From: a virus
Lineage: Duplodnaviria; Caudoviricetes
IMG/VR virus record: IMGVR_UViG_3300027672_001796
Strand: one strand, 5' to 3'
Length of the DNA stretch: 64,000 bases
Position 1 is the stretch's first letter. Each line of letters begins with the position of its first letter. Of the stretch, positions 1 through 9,088 are shown piece by piece. A model generated the notes under the pieces. It saw nothing but the letters and a program-made list of their open reading frames with translations. It was not told the origin of the DNA and did no database searches. The position numbers and the translations under genes are program-made.

Positions 1-2
1 AA

Positions 3-263
3 CTAGAATACGGTACTGCAAGTTTAAACATACAATGCAGTACAGACATTGCACCACACGACAAAGTAGTAATCATGGACGACTTAATTGCTACAGGCGG
101 CACAGCAATAGCGTGTGCTGACATTGTACATGAACATTTTGCTGTACCAAAAGAAAATATTTTAATTTTAGCACTAATAGACTTGCCCACACTTAAAGGA
201 AGTGCTATAATAAAACAACATGGATACAGCGTAAACACACTAATCGAATTTGAAGGTGAATAA
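3..263 (+). CDS. apt: Adenine phosphoribosyltransferase, C-terminal part (5' end outside window)
   Basis: Frame is open from position 3: LEYGT motif followed by the PRPP-binding loop VVIMDDLIATGGT. Confidence 0.9.
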   Translation, partial: LEYGTASLNIQCSTDIAPHDKVVIMDDLIATGGTAIACADIVHEHFAVPKENILILALIDLPTLKGSAIIKQHGYSVNTLIEFEGE

Positions 264-804
264 TATCAAAGATATAATTTTAATAGCATTGGAGCAAGAA
301 GCTCCTGAAATGGCTACATGGGAAAACGTTTTCTTTACTGGAGTAGGTAAAGTTAATGCAAGTATGACAGCGGCAAAGTTAATAGAAAGATACAAGCCTG
401 AACGTGTTTGGAACTTTGGTACTGCTGGAGGAATCACATTGCATAACGGCATACATCAAGTTGGTAAAGTTGTACAACGTGATATGAAATGCACACAACT
501 AGGTATCGAACTAGGAGAGACACCATTCGAACCAAACAGCAGAACAATTGTTATTGGTGAAGGCATCTCTTGTAGTACTGGAGATGATTTTGTTATAAAT
601 CCTAAACTGGCAATACCTACAGACATTGTTGAAATGGAAGCCTATGCAATTGCAAAAGTTTGTAAAAATGAAGTCGTAAAATTTTACTGTTATAAATACA
701 TCAGCGATACTGCAGATGAGGAAGCCGGATCTACATGGGCTGAAAATGTTGCTAATGGCGAGGAACACTTTATAAAAACATACAAGGATTATCATGGCGG
801 CTAA
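256..804 (+). CDS. mtnN: 5'-methylthioadenosine/S-adenosylhomocysteine nucleosidase-like protein (PNP/MTAN family)
   Basis: ALEQE, GVGKVNA, NFGTAGG, STGDDF, VEMEAYA and ISDxAD motifs; GTG at 256 overlaps the apt stop. Confidence 0.8.
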   Translation: MNNIKDIILIALEQEAPEMATWENVFFTGVGKVNASMTAAKLIERYKPERVWNFGTAGGITLHNGIHQVGKVVQRDMKCTQLGIELGETPFEPNSRTIVIGEGISCSTGDDFVINPKLAIPTDIVEMEAYAIAKVCKNEVVKFYCYKYISDTADEEAGSTWAENVANGEEHFIKTYKDYHGG

Positions 805-1267
805 GAAGAAGGCACCAGCTATACCACTATCAGAAGTTATGAGAGCGATTGACGTAAAGGATCGAGGATGGTATACTAGGCTTGATGCAGAAAAGAAAAA
901 GGCATTTAGTGCCTGGATGATGATGCGTTATGCTAGTTGTGTTCGAGGCCCAAAGTCAGCTGACTACTTATATATGGTTAACGAATGTATTAATAATAGA
1001 TTTAGTGATGTTAGTAAACATCCAGAATTACAATGGCTATTGTTTACTGTAGCTGGTTGTGGCAAAACGCAAAATCATGAATACATTAAACCGCCGAACA
1101 CTAGAAAAAAGAAAAACAAGGTGTTTACAGCAATATCAGAATTACTGCCACATTTAAAGCATGATGAGTTAGAGTTACTATTAAGTATAAACACTAAAGA
1201 CGAACTCAAGCAATATGTTAAAGATGCTGGCGTTGAGGATAAAGAAATAAAAGAGATATTTAAATAA
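794..1267 (+). CDS. Probable clamp-loader small subunit (T4 gp62-like)
   Basis: Size and FSAWMMMRY...N...HPELQWLL...YIKP pattern recalled for gp62-like proteins of large myoviruses; replication-gene context. Confidence 0.55.
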   Translation: MAAKKKAPAIPLSEVMRAIDVKDRGWYTRLDAEKKKAFSAWMMMRYASCVRGPKSADYLYMVNECINNRFSDVSKHPELQWLLFTVAGCGKTQNHEYIKPPNTRKKKNKVFTAISELLPHLKHDELELLLSINTKDELKQYVKDAGVEDKEIKEIFK

Positions 1268-1935
1268 TGGAATGTAAGTGGTGCAAAAAATCATTTAAGT
1301 CAGAGACTACTCTGGCAGTTCATATGTGTGTAAAGAAACGCAGATATGCAGACAAGGATATGAGCCACATACGATTAAGCCACCGTGCATTCCAAATGTT
1401 TTATGATTTAAATACTAGTGCTAAACATCCTAAGACAATGGAAGACTTTATTGTAAGTCCTTATTACGAATCATTTGTTAAATTTGGCAGAGCATGTCAA
1501 GTGAACGAATGGCTACAGCCAGAACAATTTACAGAATGGCTAATTAAGACAGGCGTAAAATTAAAGTTATGGATATCTGATGCACAGTACGATAAGTTTT
1601 TAAAAGAATATGTAAAAAAAGAGCCTGGTCTAAAAGCATTAGAGCGAACTGTAATTTACATGTCCAAGTGGGGAGAAGAACATAATGAAATATGGCAGTC
1701 ATACTTTATTAATGTATCTCCTAGCAGAGCAGTATATGATATACGTTCAGGCAAAGTAAGTCCTTGGGTGTTGTATTTAAGTGACACAGGCGGAACATTG
1801 TTAGAACGTTTTAACGATGAACAAATAAAAATGATACAAGATAATATAGATCCTCCGTTTTGGATGAAACTATTTAAAAATAACAAAGATGAAGTAGCAG
1901 AGATTAAAGAAACATGCGTGAGAGCAAATCTATGA
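1267..1935 (+). CDS. Conserved phage protein with N-terminal zinc-finger-like motif
   Basis: CKWCKKSFKSETTLAVHMC at the N-terminus; translationally coupled to neighbours. Confidence 0.6.
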   Translation: MECKWCKKSFKSETTLAVHMCVKKRRYADKDMSHIRLSHRAFQMFYDLNTSAKHPKTMEDFIVSPYYESFVKFGRACQVNEWLQPEQFTEWLIKTGVKLKLWISDAQYDKFLKEYVKKEPGLKALERTVIYMSKWGEEHNEIWQSYFINVSPSRAVYDIRSGKVSPWVLYLSDTGGTLLERFNDEQIKMIQDNIDPPFWMKLFKNNKDEVAEIKETCVRANL

Positions 1936-2777
1936 GGAAAAAAAATAAGCTGATGGTCAGTGGAGCAAGTTATTCCGCCGCTAATTGGAACGAACCACAT
2001 TGGGCAGACATTATTGCAGAACAAGGCGACTTTAAAAAAGTAGAATTTGAAGGCATTAATTGGAGTGATTGGGAAGCCGGCGCATTTGTTACTATTGGTA
2101 GATTATTAAACGATAGAAAAATATCCCATTTAATTTATACTGGTACATTTACATTTGTAGAGCAATTACAACAAGAAAACATACCTGATAAGAAGAGTTT
2201 ATTTGACCTAAATGAAAAGATAGTGATAGACATGGCTAGAACTCCAGCATTTTTATCTAAACTTGGAATACTGTTTAGCAATTTCCTGCCTACTAAGTCC
2301 AGAGATCCAGCTGGTAGAAGACTTGGTAATCGTGAATGGGTAGCACATAGAGGAGTTGTTGCAAGTGAAGTACCTGTAGTACCTGCAAATAAAGTAGTTG
2401 ACAAATTTGGTCAAGTGTTTGTAGGGTTAGAAGATAAAGAGTTTTATACTACTCCTCAATATAAACGATATTTAAGAGCATTATCCAGTATATCATTAGT
2501 TAAAGCGATATGTGACCAATTGGGGGTCAAAGTAATATTATTGCCCTTCCCTTTCACAGACGATTTAACTTCCAGCACATTAACAAGGTTACCAGACTTT
2601 TCGTTAATGGATATTTGGGACATTATTCCAGAATCATTTGGCTCTATTGAAAACTGGAGAAAATTATCATCGGAACGAGGCTGGATACCTTTAGCTTCGC
2701 ACTTTGATGATTGGGGACATGACCAAGTAGCAAAAGCATTTTTAAACAACGATAACAATAAGGAATTTTTAAAATAA
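1932..2777 (+). CDS. SGNH/GDSL-hydrolase-like protein
   Basis: N-terminal VSGASYS...W and C-terminal SHFDDWGHDQVAKAF match the SGNH block I and V layout; ATG at 1932 overlaps the upstream TGA. Confidence 0.5.
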   Translation: MRKKNKLMVSGASYSAANWNEPHWADIIAEQGDFKKVEFEGINWSDWEAGAFVTIGRLLNDRKISHLIYTGTFTFVEQLQQENIPDKKSLFDLNEKIVIDMARTPAFLSKLGILFSNFLPTKSRDPAGRRLGNREWVAHRGVVASEVPVVPANKVVDKFGQVFVGLEDKEFYTTPQYKRYLRALSSISLVKAICDQLGVKVILLPFPFTDDLTSSTLTRLPDFSLMDIWDIIPESFGSIENWRKLSSERGWIPLASHFDDWGHDQVAKAFLNNDNNKEFLK

Positions 2778-3466
2778 TGAAAGCAAAGATAATTAGTTAT
2801 AGTCAAGCACCAGACCCATCCGGATTAGATAAAGATTCAAGTCTATTAGGCTTAGTGGCATATTGTGCCAGGGTAAGTAATCCAGAAAATCAAGACAATA
2901 CAAAAACAAATGACAAGCTAGTAAAGTATCTAATGAAGCACAAACATTGGAGCCCACTTGAAATGGTAAGTGTTTGTATGGAAGTAGAAACTACTAGAGA
3001 CATTGCTAGACAATTATTGAGACACAGAAGTTTTAGTTTCCAAGAGTTTAGTCAACGTTACGCAGACCCTACAAAAGATTTAGCATTTGAGATTAGACAA
3101 GCAAGATTACAAGATCCTGTTAATAGGCAAAACAGTATTGAACTTGATCCTGAGATGGATGGACATGCAGTACTCCAAGGCGAATGGAAAAACAAGCAAC
3201 AACGAGTTATAGACGCATCCTTAGACGCTTACAATTGGGCTATAAGCAAAGGAATTGCTAAAGAGCAGGCAAGAGCAGTACTTCCAGAAGGAAACACACT
3301 AAGCAGGCTCTACGTGAATGGTACACTTCGTAGCTGGATACATTATATTGAATTGCGTGGATCAAATGGCACACAGTTAGAACATATGGAATTAGCACAT
3401 GCAGTAGCAGAAGTTATTGCAACGGTATTCCCAATGGCTGGAGAATTTGCTGGAAAAGAGATATGA
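2777..3466 (+). CDS. thyX: FAD-dependent thymidylate synthase
   Basis: ARVS, HWSPLE, RQLLRHRSFSFQEFSQRY (ThyX motif), ARAVLP, WIHYIELR. Confidence 0.97.
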   Translation: MKAKIISYSQAPDPSGLDKDSSLLGLVAYCARVSNPENQDNTKTNDKLVKYLMKHKHWSPLEMVSVCMEVETTRDIARQLLRHRSFSFQEFSQRYADPTKDLAFEIRQARLQDPVNRQNSIELDPEMDGHAVLQGEWKNKQQRVIDASLDAYNWAISKGIAKEQARAVLPEGNTLSRLYVNGTLRSWIHYIELRGSNGTQLEHMELAHAVAEVIATVFPMAGEFAGKEI

Positions 3467-3642
3467 ATAAGTATTGGAAAGTTTGGGCAAAAAGTTTAGG
3501 CGAGAAAGTCGGCGAAACAGATACCCAAGCAAATACTGTAGCAGGAATTAGAACGGTATGGTGGTTAACTCACATGTTGACATGTGTTGCTATTATACTT
3601 AATGCAATTGCTAACCACGGTTGGGGTTTAATCGGACTATGA
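3463..3642 (+). CDS. Small membrane protein, 59 aa (not in ORF track)
   Basis: [17 protein letters not shown]...[27 protein letters not shown]; ATGA overlaps with thyX and with glyA. Confidence 0.7.
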   Translation: MNKYWKVWAKSLGEKVGETDTQANTVAGIRTVWWLTHMLTCVAIILNAIANHGWGLIGL

Positions 3643-4781
3643 ATATGGATACAAAAATAAGAGAAATCTTAGATAAAGAAACAGTACGTCAAGATAACAC
3701 AATAGAGCTTATAGCAAGTGAAAACTATGCCAGCGATGCAGTAATGGAATTAAGCGGAAGTGTATTTACTAATAAGTATGCAGAAGGTTATCCTGGAGCA
3801 CGATACTATAACGGTTGCGAACATATGGACGAAATTGAAACCCTTGCAATCGAAGAGGTTAAGAAGTTATTTGGTTGTAACTTTGCTAATGTACAACCGC
3901 ATTGTGGTGCTAATGCCAATACAGCAGTATACCAAGCATTCTTAAAGCCGGGCGATACAATACTTGGCATGGATTTAGCAAGTGGTGGACATTTAAGCCA
4001 TGGCAGTAAGCCAAATATATCAGGCAAGGTTTACCAAGCATATCATTATGGTGTTGACGATGATGGTTACATCGATTATGTTGAAGTTCAAATGTTAGCC
4101 GAACGTCACAAGCCAAAGATGATTGTTGCTGGTGCTAGTGCATACCCACGTGAAATTGATTGGGGATGGTTTAGAGCTATTGCTGATTCAGTAGGAGCAT
4201 TGTTATTAGTTGACATGGCACACTACAGTGGACTAGTTGCAGGCAAGGCATATCCAAGTCCGCTACCTTATGCAGATGTAGTTACGTCAACTACACACAA
4301 GACATTACGAGGTCCTAGGGGCGGCATTATATTGTGGAATAACGAAGAATACTCTAAACGTATTAATAGTGCAATCTTTCCTGGAACACAAGGTGGTCCG
4401 TTGATGCATTTAATTGCCGCAAAAGCACAATGTTTTATTGAGGCAAACACTCCGTCTTTCAGTCAGTATGCAAAAGATGTTGTTATAAATGCTCAGGCAT
4501 TTGCAAAGCAACTTACAGCAAATGGATTTAACTGCTTGACAAACGGCACAGATTCGCATATAATATTACTTGACTTAACTAATAGAGGTGTAAGTGGTAA
4601 AGATGCCGCGAACATGTTAGAGGCGAATGGTATTACTGTAAACAAAAACGGCATACCAAATGACCCTAGAAGTTTTACAGAAACAAGTGGTATTCGATTA
4701 GGTACTGCCGCTGAAACAACTAAAGGACATGACGCTAAATGGTTTGTAAACTTAGCAAACACGATAGCTAAAATAATATGA
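3639..4781 (+). CDS. glyA: Serine hydroxymethyltransferase
   Basis: [25 protein letters not shown]-lysine motif [37 protein letters not shown]. Confidence 0.97.
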   Translation: MNMDTKIREILDKETVRQDNTIELIASENYASDAVMELSGSVFTNKYAEGYPGARYYNGCEHMDEIETLAIEEVKKLFGCNFANVQPHCGANANTAVYQAFLKPGDTILGMDLASGGHLSHGSKPNISGKVYQAYHYGVDDDGYIDYVEVQMLAERHKPKMIVAGASAYPREIDWGWFRAIADSVGALLLVDMAHYSGLVAGKAYPSPLPYADVVTSTTHKTLRGPRGGIILWNNEEYSKRINSAIFPGTQGGPLMHLIAAKAQCFIEANTPSFSQYAKDVVINAQAFAKQLTANGFNCLTNGTDSHIILLDLTNRGVSGKDAANMLEANGITVNKNGIPNDPRSFTETSGIRLGTAAETTKGHDAKWFVNLANTIAKII

Positions 4782-5350
4782 ATATAGATTTTGACGTAGA
4801 CATTGATATGGCTGATAGGGATAAGTTACTAGAACTTATTCAACATACGCCAGCAAGTATCAAACGTGGAATAGAATTTGAAAAGCATAACACTGGAGTG
4901 TATGTGCAACCTATTCCTATGTTTCCGTTAAAAGGCTTTAGTACAATAGACCACAAAGAAGCAGAAGCAGTTGGTTACTTTAAATTAGATGTATTGAACA
5001 ACCACATTTACAATGGCGTTAAAAGTGAACAGCATTTAGATAAACTTTTAGCAACAGAACCTATGTGGGAGTTGTTTGAGCATAAAGAAATTGTTGACCA
5101 ACTGTTTCATATTAGCAAACACCACGACATTGTTAAACAACACTTACCTAATAGTGTGGAAGACTTAGCAATGATACTTGCACTTATAAGACCAGGCAAA
5201 CGACATTTGGTTGGTAATACTTGGGAAGTTATTTCAAAAGAAGTATGGGAACAAACTGATGGTTACTTCTTTAAAAGAAGTCATGCAATTGGATATGCTA
5301 CAGCTATTATTGTGCAGTTAAATTTAATCTTAGAGCAATTAGGTAAGTAA
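4778..5350 (+). CDS. Minimal family C (DnaE/PolIII-alpha-like) polymerase core, 190 aa
   Basis: Ordered DnaE-like motifs [33 protein letters not shown]. Confidence 0.75.
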   Translation: MNIDFDVDIDMADRDKLLELIQHTPASIKRGIEFEKHNTGVYVQPIPMFPLKGFSTIDHKEAEAVGYFKLDVLNNHIYNGVKSEQHLDKLLATEPMWELFEHKEIVDQLFHISKHHDIVKQHLPNSVEDLAMILALIRPGKRHLVGNTWEVISKEVWEQTDGYFFKRSHAIGYATAIIVQLNLILEQLGK

Positions 5351-5354
5351 CGTC

Positions 5355-5738
5355 TTATTTAAGTTTTGGGTCGATACTTCTAACTAACTGAATACTTCTT
5401 CTTTTGATCCGCTTTTTAAGTATGTTTTGCATACTAGTTACAGGCCCAAACAATATTTCAGTTTCTTTTAGAATAAACGTACTAACACAGTGCCTGAATT
5501 CTTGCATTTCATGGAATAAAAATACATCAATTGGTAACATCCTGTTAGATTCCCACCACCATAAGTCTCCACAATCCATCATGATTTTCTTTTCTTCACT
5601 GTTACGACATTTGTCAATATCGTAAAAACTTATAATCTGGTTGTCCTTGTTTTGCACAATGCCGACATAGTCTTTGCCATTGTACGCCATTCCAGTTAAA
5701 AAAGGGAATTTCTCTTGTAGGTTAGTCTCATTAGTCAT
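5355..5738 (-). CDS. Hypothetical conserved phage protein
   Basis: 127-aa ORF with TATAAATA 6 nt upstream on the minus strand; only minus-strand gene in this block. Confidence 0.7.
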   Translation of the reverse strand: MTNETNLQEKFPFLTGMAYNGKDYVGIVQNKDNQIISFYDIDKCRNSEEKKIMMDCGDLWWWESNRMLPIDVFLFHEMQEFRHCVSTFILKETEILFGPVTSMQNILKKRIKRRSIQLVRSIDPKLK

Positions 5739-5744
5739 CAAAAG

Positions 5745-5752
5745 TATTTATA
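5745..5752 (-). promoter_or_regulatory. T4-type late promoter TATAAATA
   Basis: tatttata on +; back-to-back with a + strand copy at 5762. Confidence 0.65.
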
Positions 5753-5761
5753 GTACAAATG

Positions 5762-5769
5762 GATAAATA
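5762..5769 (+). promoter_or_regulatory. Late promoter GATAAATA
   Basis: Upstream of 5793 ORF. Confidence 0.55.
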
Positions 5770-5792
5770 CATAACAAACATGGAATTAAATA

Positions 5793-6620
5793 ATGTCCTT
5801 TAACGGTAGTCATACAATATATAATTTAGGAAACCAGTCGTTAGACTTAGTTTTAACGATAGAAGGCATAAAAACGGATAACAGACCTATGAATCAAAAT
5901 AAATTAACAGTCCACAAAGGGTTTAATAATAAGTTAAGTTTCTTTGTAAGAAATAGAGATAGAGCTTTGCAAAACATTAGCACCAAGGCCCTATATGCAA
6001 CCATCATGAACCCAAACACCAAACGTAGAATAATGCTCAAGCAACTTACATTGGTAAACAGCGGTACTACTGGAGAAGCAACACTTGATTTAGTCCCATC
6101 CGATTTAAGAAACATTGGCGCAGGACTTTACACAATTGCTATTACAGAATCTGCAGATAACGGTGCATCAGAGTATCCTTTATATGCAAACCAAAATGAT
6201 AGAATTGTAACTGACTTGGAAGTAAAGAGCTCTTTGGAGTACGAACCAATAGCAACACAAGAAACAACAACATTTACACAAACATCAAACACTGATTTGG
6301 GCGATGCCGCCAATACGTTTGTTACTAGTGCAATGTACGGCAATATGGATAACGATCAGAACGGTAGCCATACATGTGCATTTTATATGACTAGCTTTAC
6401 TGGAAATATCACAATACAAGCAAGTGCATTAGAGACTACACCAAGCGAAACAGATTGGTATGATGTAAATGTGCAAGGAGACATCGGTTCTCCAAGTATG
6501 CCATACAACACAGCATTCAGTGGAGTAGATCCTTTCAACTTCAAGATTAACACTAATTGGATTAGGGTTAAATATCACCCAACAGCCGGCACAATAGATA
6601 AATTTCAACTAAGAAATTAA
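5793..6620 (+). CDS. Probable virion structural protein (beta-rich, BppU/Ig-like N-terminus)
   Basis: Beta-strand-rich Thr/Asn/Gly composition; late promoter upstream. Confidence 0.4.
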   Translation: MSFNGSHTIYNLGNQSLDLVLTIEGIKTDNRPMNQNKLTVHKGFNNKLSFFVRNRDRALQNISTKALYATIMNPNTKRRIMLKQLTLVNSGTTGEATLDLVPSDLRNIGAGLYTIAITESADNGASEYPLYANQNDRIVTDLEVKSSLEYEPIATQETTTFTQTSNTDLGDAANTFVTSAMYGNMDNDQNGSHTCAFYMTSFTGNITIQASALETTPSETDWYDVNVQGDIGSPSMPYNTAFSGVDPFNFKINTNWIRVKYHPTAGTIDKFQLRN

Positions 6621-6649
6621 TTGACTTCTTCGCATTAAGCTGTTATAAT
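6621..6649 (+). promoter_or_regulatory. Sigma70-type promoter for primase
   Basis: TTGACT-17 nt-TATAAT. Confidence 0.8.
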
Positions 6650-6657
6650 AACTGAAT

Positions 6658-7635
6658 ATGCATCATCATGAACTAGTAGACCAAGTACATCGATTACTTA
6701 TGGATAATTTGCCCTTAAACTCTGGCAAAACTCCTAGTGGTTGGATAACGTTTGATTGTCCTCTATGTAGCGACAAGAGAAAACGTGCAGGAGTAATTCA
6801 GAGTAATGCTAAAATAAGCTATCACTGTTTTAACTGTAGTTTTACAACTGGCTGGGCACCTAGTCCAAAGTTAGGTCATAAGTACAGGCAACTATGTGAG
6901 ACATTAGGTGTGTCTAACAAGGATATACATAAAGTTGTTTTAGACTTAATGAAGCATTCCGAAGAATTAGAGATAGAAGACAGCACTGAGTATGTTTATA
7001 CAGCGGCTAGTTTCGTAACACATCAATTACCAGAAGAAACTACACTAGTAGAACACATGGAAGATGGACACCCAATTAAAGAATATGCACAACAACGTGG
7101 ATTGCTAGGCAATTTCCCTTTGATGCACATTAACAACAGTCTATACAAAAAACGTTTAGTTGTTCCGTTTCTATATAACAACGAATTAGTAGGATGGACC
7201 GGCAGACACATTAGCCCACCTAACAAAGAAACTGCAAAGTACCTATTAAATGTACAACCAGGCTATGTGTTTAACATAGACAGGTATGTAGACAGTGATA
7301 GAGACTTTGTTATAGTAGTAGAAGGCGTATTTGATGCAATACTTATAGATGGCATAAGTGTTTTGGGTAATAGTGTAACACCTGAACAAGCACATTTGAT
7401 TTCTAAACTTAATAAACGTGTTATACTATGTCCTGATAGAGATAGTGCAGGTAAAGACTTAATAGCAACAGCAGTAGAACTAGGATGGGAAGTAAGTTTT
7501 CCTAAATGGTCGTCTGAATGCAAAGATGTTGCCGATGCAGTAAACAAATATGGCAGGTTATTAACAATGAAGAGCATTACAGAAAATGCAGTTAGTAACG
7601 AACTTAAAATACAAGTTCAGGCAAAAATGCTATGA
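6658..7635 (+). CDS. DNA primase (T4 gp61/DnaG-type TOPRIM)
   Basis: Zn-knuckle CPLC...HCFNC; TOPRIM motifs VVEGVFDA and PDRD; terminal KDVADAV. Confidence 0.9.
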   Translation: MHHHELVDQVHRLLMDNLPLNSGKTPSGWITFDCPLCSDKRKRAGVIQSNAKISYHCFNCSFTTGWAPSPKLGHKYRQLCETLGVSNKDIHKVVLDLMKHSEELEIEDSTEYVYTAASFVTHQLPEETTLVEHMEDGHPIKEYAQQRGLLGNFPLMHINNSLYKKRLVVPFLYNNELVGWTGRHISPPNKETAKYLLNVQPGYVFNIDRYVDSDRDFVIVVEGVFDAILIDGISVLGNSVTPEQAHLISKLNKRVILCPDRDSAGKDLIATAVELGWEVSFPKWSSECKDVADAVNKYGRLLTMKSITENAVSNELKIQVQAKML

Positions 7636-8363
7636 CAAAATTATTTGTAAATGGATGTAGTTTTACAGCAGGTAATGGTGAAGTACATACTGCTGATGGC
7701 GAACTGGCACCTCCGTTAGAGTATGTTTGGGCAAACCAAATACCCGAATTTGAATCTGTTACTAATTTAGCAATTAGAGGTGCGAGTAACGATAGAATAC
7801 TTCGTACCACAATGGAATATTTTAATTCTCGTAATGCTACAGACTATGTTGCAGTTATACAATGGACTAGTCCTTTGCGTTTTGAACGCTTTATACCTTC
7901 ATGTAACGCATTTGCTGGCTTTTGTAATACAACGGGGAAGACTATTAGTTTTAACATGGATAATGCTAATGATTTAGAAAAGCTACAAACCAATGGCATG
8001 TACGACAGGCTAACAGATGCGGCTGAGAAACAGTTAATGCATGGAAAGAGCATAACTGATTACCAGATAAATTTTTATAAGAAAGTTATTTTGATGCAAC
8101 AGTATTTAGACAGCAAAATGATACCGTATATATTTACATCAATGTCACTTTACAGCCATCTCCTTAGTGATGATGCTGACAAGGAACAATACGAACTACA
8201 TTTAAAGAACAATGTGGATACTGATAAATGGACAGCTCGACCGTTAACAATTTACCAAGAGCGTAATTTTATTAGTGCTGAAGATAAACACCCTAATGAA
8301 ACCGGACATAAACTTATAGGCGATGCAATTTATAAAGAACTACAACAGAGGAATTATGTATGA
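7632..8363 (+). CDS. SGNH-hydrolase-like protein
   Basis: NGCSFTAG, NLAIRGASNDRI, IQWT, DKHPNETGHKLI. Confidence 0.75.
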   Translation: MTKLFVNGCSFTAGNGEVHTADGELAPPLEYVWANQIPEFESVTNLAIRGASNDRILRTTMEYFNSRNATDYVAVIQWTSPLRFERFIPSCNAFAGFCNTTGKTISFNMDNANDLEKLQTNGMYDRLTDAAEKQLMHGKSITDYQINFYKKVILMQQYLDSKMIPYIFTSMSLYSHLLSDDADKEQYELHLKNNVDTDKWTARPLTIYQERNFISAEDKHPNETGHKLIGDAIYKELQQRNYV

Positions 8364-9088
8364 ATAATTTGCTTGTGAATGGTTGTAGTTATACAGCAGG
8401 GTCTGGTATGGCTGGCGGAGACAACAATATATCTCCGATAGTATGGTCAAATCATTTAGCAGACAGATTCGATACTGTAGATAATCTTGCAATGGGCGGA
8501 GAGAGTAATGATAGAATAGTACGAACTACATTAGACTTTTGTAATAATCACGATATGACAGACTATGCTGTGATTATACAATGGACGTCAGTATATAGAT
8601 CAGAATATTGGAATGCAGAGAGGAAAGAATGGGTAAATGTTGTTGTAAATAATGGACTTCAGGGTGCAGACGAATGGACACTTAGTACAAACGAGGACAC
8701 CGATGGCAGAATTAGAGATGCATACGATAAAGAAATGAAATGGCTAAATTCGCCAAATGATTATAATATTGCATACTATAATAACATACTAATACTACAA
8801 AACTATTTCGAGTATATGGATATTCCATATATGTTTAGTTGTATGACATTACAAGACCATCCTTGCTGTGACCCAACATTAATGGATCTAATGCATCTAT
8901 TAAATAGAACAACTACAGAAATAAATTTAAGAAGATTGATGGATAAAAGCAAATGGTCAGAATTATCACTTGCAAAGTACTCAGGCGATAACTATATTAG
9001 CCAAGAAGATAGCCATCCAAACTTAAAAGGTAATAAATTAATAGCACAGGCTTTATATAAGGAGCTCATGGAAAAATATGGAAGATAA
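8360..9088 (+). CDS. SGNH-hydrolase-like protein (paralogue of 7632-8363)
   Basis: NGCSYTAG, NLAMGGESNDRI, IQWT, DSHPNLKGNKLI. Confidence 0.75.
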   Translation: MNNLLVNGCSYTAGSGMAGGDNNISPIVWSNHLADRFDTVDNLAMGGESNDRIVRTTLDFCNNHDMTDYAVIIQWTSVYRSEYWNAERKEWVNVVVNNGLQGADEWTLSTNEDTDGRIRDAYDKEMKWLNSPNDYNIAYYNNILILQNYFEYMDIPYMFSCMTLQDHPCCDPTLMDLMHLLNRTTTEINLRRLMDKSKWSELSLAKYSGDNYISQEDSHPNLKGNKLIAQALYKELMEKYGR

